NCBI GenBank assembly: GCA_000934665.2
Contig: KZ538199.1
Span: 62,001-105,959, forward strand
Direction: 5' to 3'
DNA from: Catajapyx aquilonaris
Lineage: Eukaryota
Length of the DNA stretch: 43,959 bases
The position numbers and the translations under genes were made by a program. The notes below the pieces were generated by a model. That model did not search any database. It was not told where the DNA came from and saw only the letters and a list, made by a program, of their open reading frames with translations. Positions 23,205-34,422 of this stretch are shown here, piece by piece; the stretch's first letter is position 1; every line of letters starts with the position of its first letter.

Positions 23205-23474
23205 AGGCCGCTTCACAAATTCGGCGGATGGCTGAGCGGGCGGAAAGCGGGCGGAAAGCGGGCGGAAAGCGTGCTTTTGGGACTGGCTTTTGAGCTGGCA
23301 ATTCACAAATTCGGCGGTGACGCTGCGGTCGGAAACTCTGAGCGGTGGGGAGCGGTGGGAACCGCTCGAGTCCATCTGGATGGACTCACGCGGGCGGATA
23401 GCAGGCGGTTGGAGGAGGCAAGATGGCGGCGCTTTCCGCCCGCTCAGCTTTCCGCCGAATTTATGAAGCGGCCT
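23205..23474. mobile_element. PIF/Harbinger (Tourist-like) MITE, TAA TSD
   Basis: TAA|aggccgcttcacaaattcggcgga...tccgccgaatttatgaagcggcct|TAA. Confidence 0.9.
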
Positions 23475-23540
23475 TAAGAAGAAGTTAAGAACACCGGGCG
23501 GGGAGGGGGGAGGGTCAAACGATTTTTGGTCTTTATAATA

Positions 23541-23663
23541 CAGGGTGGCTCTAAAGTCTGAACACATAGGTAATTGTATTTGTACTGGTTGTATTCGCCA
23601 GCAACCCCAACTATACTATACAATATACAATTACCCATGTGTCCAGACCTCAGGGTCACCCTG
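23541..23663. mobile_element. 123-bp Tc1/mariner-type MITE, TA TSD
   Basis: TA|cagggtggctctaaagtctgaacacataggtaattgtat...atacaattacccatgtgtccagacctcagggtcaccctg|TA; absent from the partner arm (~19450). Confidence 0.9.
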
Positions 23664-24859
23664 TATTTTGTCATTTTCCTTTTACAATTTATTCGAGATT
23701 TTGTCGTGTTTTTTTGCTACGTTTTTACTGTTGTGCAGCTAACGGATCTACATTGGGCATCTAGGTCCACCCACCAAGACCTATAATAGATTTACACTTC
23801 TGTACATTTTCTGTGGGAGGAGGGGGGGGGGGNGAGGGGGGGGGGGGAGTATGGGAAGGAGTAATCTCACAAAATAAAACTGGATAGTTGAGCACAAATG
23901 GGGAAAGGATCTCTCACAGGATCGATTGTACTGTGTACCAGGATAATTTAGACAGCTCGGAATGCGGTCAAAAAAAAAAAGTGAAATTATGGAATAGTAA
24001 AAATCGTAACTTGCAATTCCTTCGCATTTAAAATGGCCACAGAGCATGTAAGTTGTTATGCATAAATCTCCACAGAAATACCCCTTATAAGGCGTTGACG
24101 TACAACCAGCTTATCACGAGCCGTAACTTTATTAAATACAGATTCGCAGCCGGTAGTACGTAGACGAGAGAGAGCAAGGGGTAACCGCTCCCCCAAAAAA
24201 AAGTGTGCACCAGTTCCATCCGGTTCCACAGGGACCCTGTACACCAGTTCCACGAAGTAGTTACCTCCTCGCGAGAGAGTAGTTATCTCGCCAGGTACAA
24301 ATGATGACGATTGAAATCACTGCCAAATGTTTTTTTTTAATGTGCAACACGAATGGCTTTTTAAAACAATTTTTAGTGGGCCCTGATATGAATCCTCCTC
24401 CCCCCCCCNNNNNNNNNNNNNNNNNNNNNNNNNNCCCCCCCCCCCCCTCGCCCCATGATTATGGCAATGAACCTTCCAAATTCTCAACACAACGTCGTAG
24501 AAAGAAATCTTAATATCTGCGATAGAGAGAAACCTATATCCGGCTAAGGATTCGGCCGGTTGCGTGAACAGGGGTTAAGATTAACTACGGAATTAGCTAT
24601 TGTTTACATGTAGACTAATTCCGGTAGTTATTTTGTAGGGTTCGGGTTGTCTCGGTGTCTGGACAACCCAGCGCTACACGACCCGGTTTGGGGTTCCGCT
24701 GAATCACCAGTCGTGAAGGTGGAATCATTTTTTTACCACTTATACACTAAATATTATTATAACCGGCGGCGCTCACTACACTATCCTAGAAGCTGGCCAA
24801 AACTTAGTAGTCCGGCTGCGCTCACTAGGGAGCAGACCAGATTTAAACATACTCACAAG

Positions 24860-26175
24860 CCTACATGTCTAGGACTGGATGTGAAGAACTTCCAGTCCTG
24901 CTCTTTAAATCATAATCGTTACTAGTGCAAAATTAATTCTTGTAATAATGTACTATCGACAAGGTGTCAATGTAACGCATCATATCAACCACATAGCTAA
25001 TGGGCTTGAGTTCCTTCGTTCATCGTCGATAGTTCCATCGTGCAGGGTTCCTCTACAGACACCTGGAACTCCTCTGGTCAAGGTTGATGTCCAAAGACAT
25101 GTTTCTCCCAGTCAGGATCCTGCGGTGTGATGTGACCCTGCCAGTTGATAGCGTAATGAAACATCTAAGGATTTTCGGTCACCAAATCCAACCACCTATG
25201 GTTTCTGCAGGGAATCCCAGGTGGCAAGTCTGTAGTTTATGGACGATGTAGTATACTCTCGCTCGATGGGTGATGGTGGACGATGTTTCGCTCTTCCTGG
25301 GGGACGGACGGAGAAGCGTGCTGGTTTGGTTTATTTTGATTGTTGGCGCCGGGGCAGAAGGAGAGGTGTCGCCGTTACAAGCGCTTCTCCGTCCGTCCCC
25401 TAGGAAGAGCGAAACATCGTCCACCATGATCCATCGATCCAGAGTACTACATAGTCCATAAACTATAGACTTGCCACCTAGGATTCCCTGCAGAAACCTT
25501 AGGTGGTTGGATTTGGTGACCGAAAATCCTTGGATGTGGTAAGTCTCGTTTGAGGACGATATAGTACTCTCGCTCGATGGGTGATGGTGGACGATGTTTT
25601 GCTCTTCCTGGAGGACGGACGGAGCCGCGCGCTGGTTTGGTTTATTTTGATAAATGGCGCCAGGGAAGAAGGAGAGGTGTCGCCGTTACAAGCGCTTCTC
25701 CGTCCGTCCCCCAGGAAGATATCATATTCAGAATTGGCTTCCTCTGTCTGTCCGGGATGACGTCATGCGAGAGAGGCAGCAGTCCTGTAGTGGCGGCATC
25801 AGCCCGGGGTTTGGGTGGGGTTGTGTCAGACAGGGTTTGCTTCAGGTTGGTGGAGAGTGGCCGGGGGCGGCCTGGGGTTTGTGGGTGGCCCAGGGGCCAC
25901 TTTTGTTGCGCATTGTGGTCGGGAAGGATTTTCGCCGTCGGCCACAAGTCACATTGCGTGCCTGAAGCACCCATGAAAAATTAGTTCTGACTCAACGCGA
26001 TGAATTTTCAAAAAGATTGGGCGCCCCAACACAGTGCAGCAATCACAACCGCCCGCTGCCGGTGGAGGCTTCGTCCTGGGTGACCAAATTTTTTCATCTT
26101 CTCGGACAGTATGTTGAGAGCGTGGTTGAGAGGATATAGCATTCAATTCAGGGGTCATATGAGAACCAAAATATG
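24860..26175 (-). pseudogene. Highly degraded Penelope-like reverse transcriptase remnants, interrupted
   Basis: In the expected order on the minus strand, allowing frameshifts: ILV-SYD (~26172-26154), PLNHALNILSEKMK (26133-26092), LLHTVL, FMG (~25975), then KP-LAMWL..RYIDT (25007-24963), RINF, EQD, LD (~24940-24867). Manual reading only. Confidence 0.45.
25161..25719. repeat. Long palindrome plus partial tandem copy (pLTR-like)
   Basis: Arm 25161-25318, loop ~63 bp, arm 25382-25537; 25553-25719 directly repeats 25241-25409. Confidence 0.92.
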
Positions 26176-26566
26176 AAACCGAGCTCCATCGCACATGATC
26201 ACAGTCAATAACAAAGCAAGTATGGTACCAGACCACCTCATTTGTGTAAAATAATCCCCCTCTATATGATAACAGGGGACCTCGACATTTGAATAAATTG
26301 AATTCCATCAGACACTGCGAACCAAATTAGTCATACTAATTGTAGGTCCTGGCCAGCTTCTAGAGTGAGCCCCGCCGGTTACGTATATTGAGTGTACAGT
26401 CTAAGTGGTAAAAAGTGCTTCCACTATCCCTACTGGTCAGTCGGAAACCCGAACCTGGCCGTGTAGCGCGCTGGGTTGTCCAGACACCGGGACAACCCGA
26501 ACCATATACAGTATGCACCAACCCTATGACACTCTTCGAATACGGTAGTGTAATATCTGTGTCCTA

Positions 26567-26694
26567 TTGTTCGCTAAGACGCCATCTTGTTCAAGGTGCA
26601 ACTCCAGTGGTAGGTAGCCAGTAATCAGCCGCGATTGGCTCGATCTTTCTTACCACTTCAGTGTACCTGGAAAAAGATGGCGTATAGAGAACGA
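26567..26694. mobile_element. Small degenerate inverted-repeat element
   Basis: ttgttcgctaagacgccatcttgttcaaggtgcaact versus agtgtacctggaaaaagatggcgtatagagaacga. Confidence 0.55.
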
Positions 26695-27467
26695 TGTAGC
26701 GCCGCCAGCGCCAAATTCCGGGCCTGGCGGAGACACGGGAATTAAACAACCTTATCCATACAACTAGGTGGGGAATGACATGGGCCTGATATACACCATA
26801 GTTCACAAGTAGGTTCTGGCGTAACCGAGTAATATGGAGATTTTTAGGTACGTACCAGAGTGGTGGCACCACCGTCAGTGTACATAGTAATTGCATTTAC
26901 TAAGGAAAAAATTTATAACTTTCGATTAGTGAATTGAATGTACGTGATGATTAATTATATAGTGTGAAATGATCTTGGTCTTCTGACCATAATTTAATAT
27001 ATCCCCAATCATGTCCACAATTAGAACGCCTCCCCCTCCCCCTCCACCCCCGCCATATGCATATATGCGGATATTGGTGGGCACTGGTCCCCCACCATCA
27101 AGATATACATAATTATTGGTGGACACTGGTCCCTCACCTTAGTTCCCCCACCATAGTTCACAAGTAGGTTCTGGCGCAACCGAGTAATATATGGAGATTT
27201 TTAGGTGTCACAGAAGGGTGGCACCGTCAGTGTAGTACATAGTAATTGCATTTACTAAGGGAAAAATTTATAACCTCCGATTAAGGTCTATATAATGAAT
27301 TGAATGTACGGAAAGATTAATTGTATAGTGTGAAATGATCTTGGTCTTCTGACCAGAATTTGACATCTCCCCAATCATGTCCACAATTTGAACGCCTCCC
27401 CCCCCCCCCCCCNNCCCCCGCCATATGCGGATATTGGTGGGTACTGGTCCCCCACCATGAAGATGTA

Positions 27468-27568
27468 CTATATCGCTCAAAAAGATAGAGACGATTGGCA
27501 TTTGATTCAAGTGCGAGTTGCACTTGAGTCAAATGCAAAATCGTCTCTTATCTTTTTGGGCGATATAG
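27468..27568. mobile_element. 101-bp palindromic MITE, TA TSD
   Basis: TA|ctatatcgctcaaaaagatagagacgatt..caagtgc-gagtt-gcacttg..aatcgtctcttatctttttgggcgatatag|TA; empty site agataTAcataatt at ~27101. Confidence 0.93.
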
Positions 27569-27759
27569 TACATAAATATTGGTGGACACTGGTCCCTCAC
27601 CTTAGTTCCCCCACCATAGTTCACAAGTAGGTTCTGGCGCAACCGAGTAATATTATTGAGATTTTTAGGTGACACAGAGTGGTGGCACCGTCAATGTACA
27701 TAGTAATTGCATTTACTAAGGGAAAAACTTTATAACCTCCGATTAAGGTCTTTACTTAA

Positions 27760-28148
27760 GGGTGGGATAAAGATCCCGGCGCTTATGGAGGCTGACATGT
27801 TAAATGTCGGGGCTATAACTCCGTAATTACTGAACAGAATGACATGAAATCTTTTACACAACACGACACAACAACCCTTGTCACGGCTATGTTGAGCGAA
27901 ACCTGTTTTAGGGATTCAGTTAATTATGAAAACCACGAAACTGAGAGGAATTTGAAGTCATGTGAGGAAATAATGTCCTGTGAGGAATAAGGACCAAATG
28001 AGCAAAATCGCTCAACATAGCCGTGACAAGGGTTGTTGTGTCGTGTTGCGTAAAAAATTTCATGTCATTCTGTTCAGTAATTACGGCGTTATTAACCCCG
28101 ACAATTAACATGTCAACCTCCATAAGCGCCGGGATCTTTATCCCACCC
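27760..28148. mobile_element. 389-bp MITE with ~140-bp TIRs and TTAA TSD (GG termini, Kolobok-like)
   Basis: TTAA|gggtgggataaagatcccggcgcttatggagg...cctccataagcgccgggatctttatcccaccc|TTAA; absent from unit copies 1 and 2. Confidence 0.92.
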
Positions 28149-28274
28149 TTAATTATTGTATAGTGTGAAATGATCTTGGTCTTCTGACCAGAATTTAATA
28201 TATCCCCAATCATGTCCACAATTAGAACGCCTCCCCCCTCCCCCCGCCATCCCCGCTTTATGCATATATGCGGA

Positions 28275-28488
28275 TATTGGTGGGCACTGGTCTCCCACCT
28301 TCAAGATGTAAATAATTATTGGTGGGGACTGGTCTCCCACATTCAAGATGTAAATAATTATTGGTGGGGACTGGTCCCCCACATTCAAGATGTAAATAAT
28401 TATTGGTGGGGACTGGTCTCCCACCTTCAAGATGTACATATTACTGGTGGGGACTGGTCCCCGACCTTCAGGATGTACATAATTATTG
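28275..28488 (+). repeat. 42-bp minisatellite (about 5 units)
   Basis: tattggtggggactggtctcccacattcaagatgtaaataat repeated. Confidence 0.95.
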
Positions 28489-29506
28489 CATGATGTGTTT
28501 TAGTGTAGATATAATGTACATAGTACCGGTACTACCCAGGTAAACCAGACATAATAATTTCGCATCCAAAACAGTACAGAAAACGATACAAAAAAAACGA
28601 AAAAAACAACGTAAAATGAGACCAAAAAAAGAGAAGAAAATCGTAAGAGAGATCATCAAACCGAGGTGTAACAGTTGCTTATTCTCAGAGCTGCAGCTCT
28701 TGGGTGTCCCATAATTTACCTTCAGTGGCGCAATCTTCCCGTATGACGTAACCAGCGCAATATAAAAAGAAGAAAAAAAAACAGATTTTTAAACAAATAC
28801 ATCTGATTCAATCCCGCCTTGCCCCCGATCCCCGACATGTTTGGAAGGGTTTTCAGAGAAGTGGAAACTAAAATCTTAGGAATGCTTATTTTTAGAACAA
28901 ATTGAATGCCACAACAATCGCCTGATTTTTCCGTATTTGTTAGCGAATTGTTTTTGGGGTGTTTTAACTCGGGGTTTTAAAAAAAAAAAAAAAATTCCAC
29001 CTGTTGAAAGGACCCTTGGCGTCGTAAGCCAATTTTATATCGAACTAGATATAAGTGAAACTATTTTGTTAAAAGTGGCGTGCTTTACATGTTATGACAG
29101 CCATACTGGCGACACGCGAGGGCCAATAGTTACACGTGGAAGTCTGTGGTTTAGAGACGAAAGACGTTGACGATAGTCAGAGATGACGTCACTTACTGTG
29201 ATTTGTCGGGATATGGAAGCCCGTGAAGTAACTCATGATCTCAATAACTGTGATTGTAAGAAAATGATTGATAACTGTAACCATTTTTTAAAGCAAGTTT
29301 TTGTTCATTTATAATCATGTATTCAGGGGGGGAATATCACGGATTAAACACTCACCTGTAGATCTCTAAAGGAGCTAAGCACCAAATAGGTTAGATGTTT
29401 AGTGTTATATTTTATTGCTTATTGTTGCACAAGGTGCATTTTCTGGCGTTAGATGATTGAAATGCCTGTGAAATCTGTACATAGCATAGTAGATATAAGA
29501 TGCTGA

Positions 29507-29599
29507 GGGCCGTTCACAACAGTTAGCATTTGATGACGTCGCATTTGCGATCGTTGCAAAAATATGCTGGATGTATGGAGCATTGTTGTGGACGGTCCC
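29507..29599. mobile_element. Small Harbinger-like MITE
   Basis: gggccgttcacaaca ... tgttgtggacggtccc. Confidence 0.55.
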
Positions 29600-32171
29600 A
29601 GAGTTTTGATGTTGACTGTGAGCTGCTCGCTTCTTGCATTTTTGTATTGTTTGTGTTTTTTTTTCTCTTCATTTTTGGGGAGTGAGCAGCTAGCTGGAGT
29701 TTATGTGCGTCATTTTTTTTTCAATCATGTTAGCGATTTCATTTTTCAATGTGATTTTCGGCCAATTTTAGCGACGGAAAATTATAATAATAAATACTAG
29801 GTAGCCATGTATGTACGACAACAAACCGCTAAAATTAAGAAAGTGTGCCTTTCAAAAATTTGTAACAGGCCTTGACATGTTTTTGAACTGTTTATTCTTG
29901 TATTTTCTTTCATTTTATTACAGTTTTGTAGCCATGACATTTTTGTGTGATGTCAATGTCATATAGCAATACACAAATGCAAATGTTAACTAGATACAAA
30001 TATTCTTCAAGGATTGAAATTTTATACTCATTATGATATAACGTGTTATGGGTACGATAGTATCTGATTTTATACGATGAATTGTGTGTTCCTGTTAGTT
30101 CCTAGCCAGATGTCTGGATGTTGCTAAATCTGCGGAACTTAATAGGTATTTTTGTTGAGGTTGAACAGACCAAACGCATTGAAATTAATGTCTTAGGAGC
30201 TCTGAAATATTACATGTACTCAATTTGACGACTTTGGTCTAATAAATTGTGTTGACACACAGCTTCGAGTCGTATAATCTTGATCCCTCCTTCCTTCTTT
30301 CTTAGTAGCATCAGAAGAAAAATAAATGAACCTTGCAGAACCCTACCCCCCAGGTTTGTCCTAAAACAAAACAAAAAAAACAAAGGGAAGTAGGACAGCG
30401 CTAAATTTGGGCCCGACTTTTTCCCCTTAGTTAGTCGCGTTCCTTTGGTGATCACTCGGCTTCCATTAAAGCTAAAAGCAAGGCCTTCCCTCCTTAATTG
30501 TATTAAGTCTTGGGTGGTAGAACAGAAGGGGGGAAAGTCCTAAGGGTGGTGGTCTATCTCCCTTTTTTTGTGTCCTTAGTAATGTTCCTGGCACAACCCC
30601 CCCTAGGATGTGATTAAGTCACCGCTAGGGGGTTAACAAGTGAGCACTTCGGTCACAGGTGACCTATTGGCGACAGTCTTGGTGCGTAATATTTAATGAG
30701 CACGGGCAATTTGGTTCGAATCGAGTGTAGTGGCAATTTTGCGATGGGTTTGAAACGAGTGGATAAGGGCTGCCATTGGCTAGCTGGACCCCCAAATTAG
30801 GGCTATTAATCACATTTCCTACCGTTTATCATGCAATCAATGCCCAATTAGTTTGCCAGTCGATTATTTGTGGCCCTCGCATACATAGGACTGGCTCTGG
30901 GTCCATGGGCCCCCCCACTACTCCTTTTTTTTCATATATATCTCCGCCATTAAATGGGTATATCCGATAATGCGCTAATGCATTATTATTATGCAAATCA
31001 GGACGGAGTAAATTGGGACGAGCTTGACTGCCCGGGAAGTCGGTCATGATACACAGTAATATAGTTTTGCAATGTGCATAATATTTGGCTGGGGGTTCGA
31101 CATGACCTACACTAACACTGATTTTTGAGTTATATAGACGACCTATAGCTATGATCGAGTTATGGTTATTCATATGAATAAGCTTCCCAGTATAGCCTTT
31201 AGTAGAGCATGTATATTGTAGATCGCATTGCATCAAAGTCCCATTAAGGTGGCCATCCCACTAAATCAGGTGGCGGGCATGTGTCAGACCGAATGGGAGC
31301 CTGCTATTCAATGGGCCAAAGGGAGCCTCGCTTCCGGAGGCCACTTCGGACCACTGGACCCCCGGATTATCATATTAACCAGGGCCGGAATCGACGATCT
31401 TTGCGCCCCAGGTCTATAAATCCCCCTCTATACGACCGCCGGGTAGATGGCTAGTATTTCCCCCCTCAACAATATCTCCTAGTTATTGTTATTATTATTT
31501 ACTAATTCACTCGCTGACTGCCAGACCGTAACGTTCTAGGGTTGCCCCCCCCCCCCCCNNNNNNNNNNNNNNNNNNNNNNNNNNNNNNNNNNNNNNNNNN
31601 NNNNNNNNNNNNNNNNNNNNNNNNNNNNNNNNNNNNNNNNNNNNNNNNNNNNNNNNNNNNNNNNNNNNNNNNNNNNNNNNNNNNNNNNNNNNNNNNNNNN
31701 NNNNNNNNNNNNNNNNNNNNNNNNNNNNNNNNNNNNNNNNNNNNNNNNNNNNNNNNNNNNNNNNNNNNNNNNNNNNNNNNNNNNNNNNNNNNNNNNNNNN
31801 NNNNNNNNNNNNNNNNGGGGGGGGGGGGGTTATATGAGAGGGGGAAAAGGCCGAAGCGTAATATTGTCCAGCGGGAGACTGATGGACTCGGCGTTGGGTC
31901 CGGATATTGAGGGAAGGTCGACTTGGATGCACGACTCCCGCAGTCATCTCTGGAAGGACCCTGAGGGCTTGGAGGGGGTGGTAGGGAGGAACCCCCAAAA
32001 AATCAGATAGGAATGAGTGCTTTTTTTTCAGGCAGACCACTGGTTCAAAGGAGAAGAAAATACAGAAAAAGTTGGGTTTCCGTTTGTTTATAGGTTGGGT
32101 TGTATGAAAGGCTACTCCTGCTGTGATGTGATGGATGCTGTAAGGTAAGGTGTAGTTATAAGTTTGATATC

Positions 32172-32619
32172 CAGGGGTCGAATCTTTTTTGTGTGTGTGC
32201 AGGTGCAAAGTTTCATTTGGAGTGCAAATTTACTTACATGGAGTGCTTAATTTTTAATTACTGGGTTCAGCCATGTTAAAAGCAGGTCAGCTGGATTTTG
32301 CACTCCAAGGCTCATTTATTTATTTTATTATTAGGGGGGTGGATTACCACCATTGGATGGGACCAGGGATAGGAAGGAAGCGGCTGTGGCCTATTTTTAC
32401 GGAAACGACCCCGGAATTGTCCTGGGGGGACCATGGAAAACCACAGAGAACCATGGTCAGGGTCGCCGGCCCCGGGATTCGAACCCAGGACCTCCCGATT
32501 AGCAGGCCGGTTCCTTATCCCCTACACCAACCTGCTTCGGTTCCAAGGCTCATTTTGGAGTGCAGATAACAAATGTAGAGTGCAAATTGCACCTTTGCAT
32601 CAGAATATTTCGACCCCTG
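32172..32619. mobile_element. hAT-like MITE (CAGGGGTCGAA TIR) hosting a SINE
   Basis: caggggtcgaa...ttcgacccctg with internal ggagtgca repeats; no intact TSD. Confidence 0.7.
32318..32541 (-). mobile_element. tRNA-derived SINE with Nin-like central domain (internally deleted), 14-bp TSD
   Basis: Minus strand: B box GGTTCGAATCC; body GTGGTTTTCC..CCAGGACAATTCCGGGG..AATAGGCCACAGCCGCTTCCTTCC; TSD tccaaggctcattt at 32304-32317 and 32542-32555. Confidence 0.92.
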
Positions 32620-33087
32620 GTGTTCCAACTTCGTGGGTCATTTTATCGTCCGATAGCAGTTATTTTTAGTAGCGCGTGTGCCCCCATGTAGGTTCCCAAT
32701 ATTACTCCCGGGGGGTTGAATATGGTTGGTCTATAGCAGTGGTTCTCAACCTTTTTTCGAGTCTCGATCACCTTGTTATAATAGCTAAGTAACCTGCGAC
32801 CCCCCNNNNNNNNNNNNNNNNNNNNNNNNNNNNNNNNNNNNNNNNNNNNNNNNNNNNNNNNNNNNNNNNNNNNNNNNNNNNNNNNNNNNNNNNNNNNNNN
32901 NNNNNNNNNNNNNNCCCTGTATTTCAAAAAGACGCAGCGACCCCCTAGAAAACCCTTCGCGACCCACGTTTGGAACCAACTGTTCTATATAATGGGGCAC
33001 CTGGTTATAGGGACCCAAGCTACAAAAAAATAACTACTATCGGGTGATATCAGTTATAAAAACGAACCACGAATTTAGAACACCCTA
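32620..33087. mobile_element. Tc1/mariner-type MITE family CAGGGTGTTCC, copy 3 (hosts a hAT MITE)
   Basis: gtgttccaacttcgtgggtc...ccacgaatttagaacaccct. Confidence 0.8.
32737..32982. mobile_element. hAT (Charlie-like) MITE spanning an N gap
   Basis: cagtggttctcaacc...gtttggaaccaactg; imperfect 8-bp TSD gtctatag / ttctatat. Confidence 0.75.
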
Positions 33088-33988
33088 ATATTGTTGATAC
33101 CCACAAAATATTTGTTGGAGAAGCAATTCATTATTTTTCAATAAAACAGCGCATCCGTTACCGAACATAATTTTCATTACCGCATTAATCTTCCGTGCTG
33201 AAAAGCTACAAGGTGAATTTTTTAAGGAAATTAAATGTAGTGGAACCGACAGGCGGGACGGAAGAAAAAGCGAAGGTTTCGCTCCAGAAAAACCATCCAA
33301 ATGATGAACGACGTTTGTGTGCCTAGAACTTTTTTTTTTTTTTTTTTTTGGTCGCAACCAATGTGCGCTTGCGTTCGAAAGAATAAGTACTGCCAAAGAA
33401 TAACGGAAGAACGCAAAAAAATATATATATATATATATATAATGATAATTGCGAGGTAAAGGCAAGGAAGTAGGAGCCTTTTCCTCCTGACCTCTCTTCT
33501 AGTTTCCTCCTGCCTTTTTCATGACTTCTTTTTCTTGAGTTGTAGGGGAAGAAGGGGGGGATGGCTCGAAGGAAAAGGAGGATGACAAATCGGGTCTTGG
33601 GGAGGGCTTAAGTTTGTTCCTGTAATTGGTCAGCAGCCTTCTCGACGTGTTTTTATCCTCCGGGAAAGTCGGGGCAGGAGAAAAATGATGTCGGAGAGAA
33701 CACGCAGCTCCGGACTAATATGGCATAATGCGCAATGTCTGCTGCCCTCAGACGACCAGCCAATCTCGCCTCCGGGGGATTAATGGCGGCCACTTTCCGA
33801 TAATAGCTAGCTATCTGCAAAAAGGAACTGGCAAAAAATATATATATACAGGGTGTTGTATATCACAAGTGCTGCATTCAAAAAGGCGTGTGTAATGTCA
33901 TGGGTTGTATATGGACCCAACTCAGGCACCATGTGTAAAGTATACTGTAAATATAATAATTAATATAACAATGTTAGATAATAATACA

Positions 33989-34059
33989 CAGGGTGTTCCA
34001 AGTTCGTGTTATAGGAAATTTCGCGTAAAGCTGTTATTTTTTTGTAGCTACTTGTGCCC
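33989..34059. mobile_element. Tc1/mariner-type MITE family CAGGGTGTTCC, partial copy
   Basis: cagggtgttccaagttcgtg..gttatttttttgtagctacttgtgccc, interrupted by the next element. Confidence 0.7.
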
Positions 34060-34362
34060 CAGACTTACAGGGTATGTAGGGGCTCCCAAGAGAAGCAATT
34101 TGAGATAGGACACCCATGGTCAGAAACCCATCCCAACGGAGCTACGGAGCCTCCTATACCCATTGTCATCCCATTATTGTAACAATCAATCATTGTTGTG
34201 TTTTCGATTGGGCTCATTGTTTAGTTGTTATCAACAATTTCATCCAACAATATTGAAATATTGTTACAATAATGGACCTTGGAGACTCCGTTGGGACCAT
34301 GAGTGTCCTATCTCAAATTATTGCTTCTCTTGGCAGCCCCTACATACCCCGCTGTAAGTCTG
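34060..34362. mobile_element. ~300-bp foldback MITE
   Basis: cagacttacagggtatgtaggggct.ccaagagaagcaatttgagataggacac.catggtc mirrored at ~34295-34362; inner ccattattgtaacaat / attgttacaataatgg. Confidence 0.88.
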
Positions 34363-34422
34363 TCCCGAATTACAGCCTACACTCTGATTATACATTTTAT
34401 ATATATATATATATATATAATA

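Larger units (their letters stand above)
22930..24200 (-). repeat. Right arm of the large old inverted repeat
   Basis: Reverse complement of 18550-19820 once the MITEs at 23205 and 23541 are removed. Confidence 0.85.
24638..26504. mobile_element. ~1.87-kb non-autonomous TIR element (~160-bp TIRs, TA flanks) with cargo
   Basis: ggttcgggttgtctcggtgtctggacaacccagcgc...tttttaccactta...taaccggcggcgctcac..ctagaagctggcca (24639-24800) mirrored at 26350-26503. Confidence 0.88.
26794..28490 (+). repeat. Three tandem copies of a ~355-bp unit
   Basis: caccatagttcacaagtaggttctggcg at ~26794, 27150, 27612; copies 2 and 3 are lengthened by MITE insertions. Confidence 0.93.

Noticed and set aside
22954..23567. 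Cluster of overlapping 70-150-aa ORFs
   Set aside because: Produced by the GC-rich Harbinger MITE and the repeat arm; no domain signal
25390..25430. Canonical active hammerhead ribozyme
   Set aside because: The CUGANGA core is absent in all copies and stem I is not evident; kept only as a hypothesis in findings
28149..28493. Repeat-protein ORFs (YWWGLVSHIQDVNN)n and (GDQSPPIIIYILNV)n
   Set aside because: Translation of a 42-bp minisatellite that is open on both strands
31507..32208. 233-aa ORF (likewise 36619-37326 and 32643-33018)
   Set aside because: Length comes from N gaps read as X
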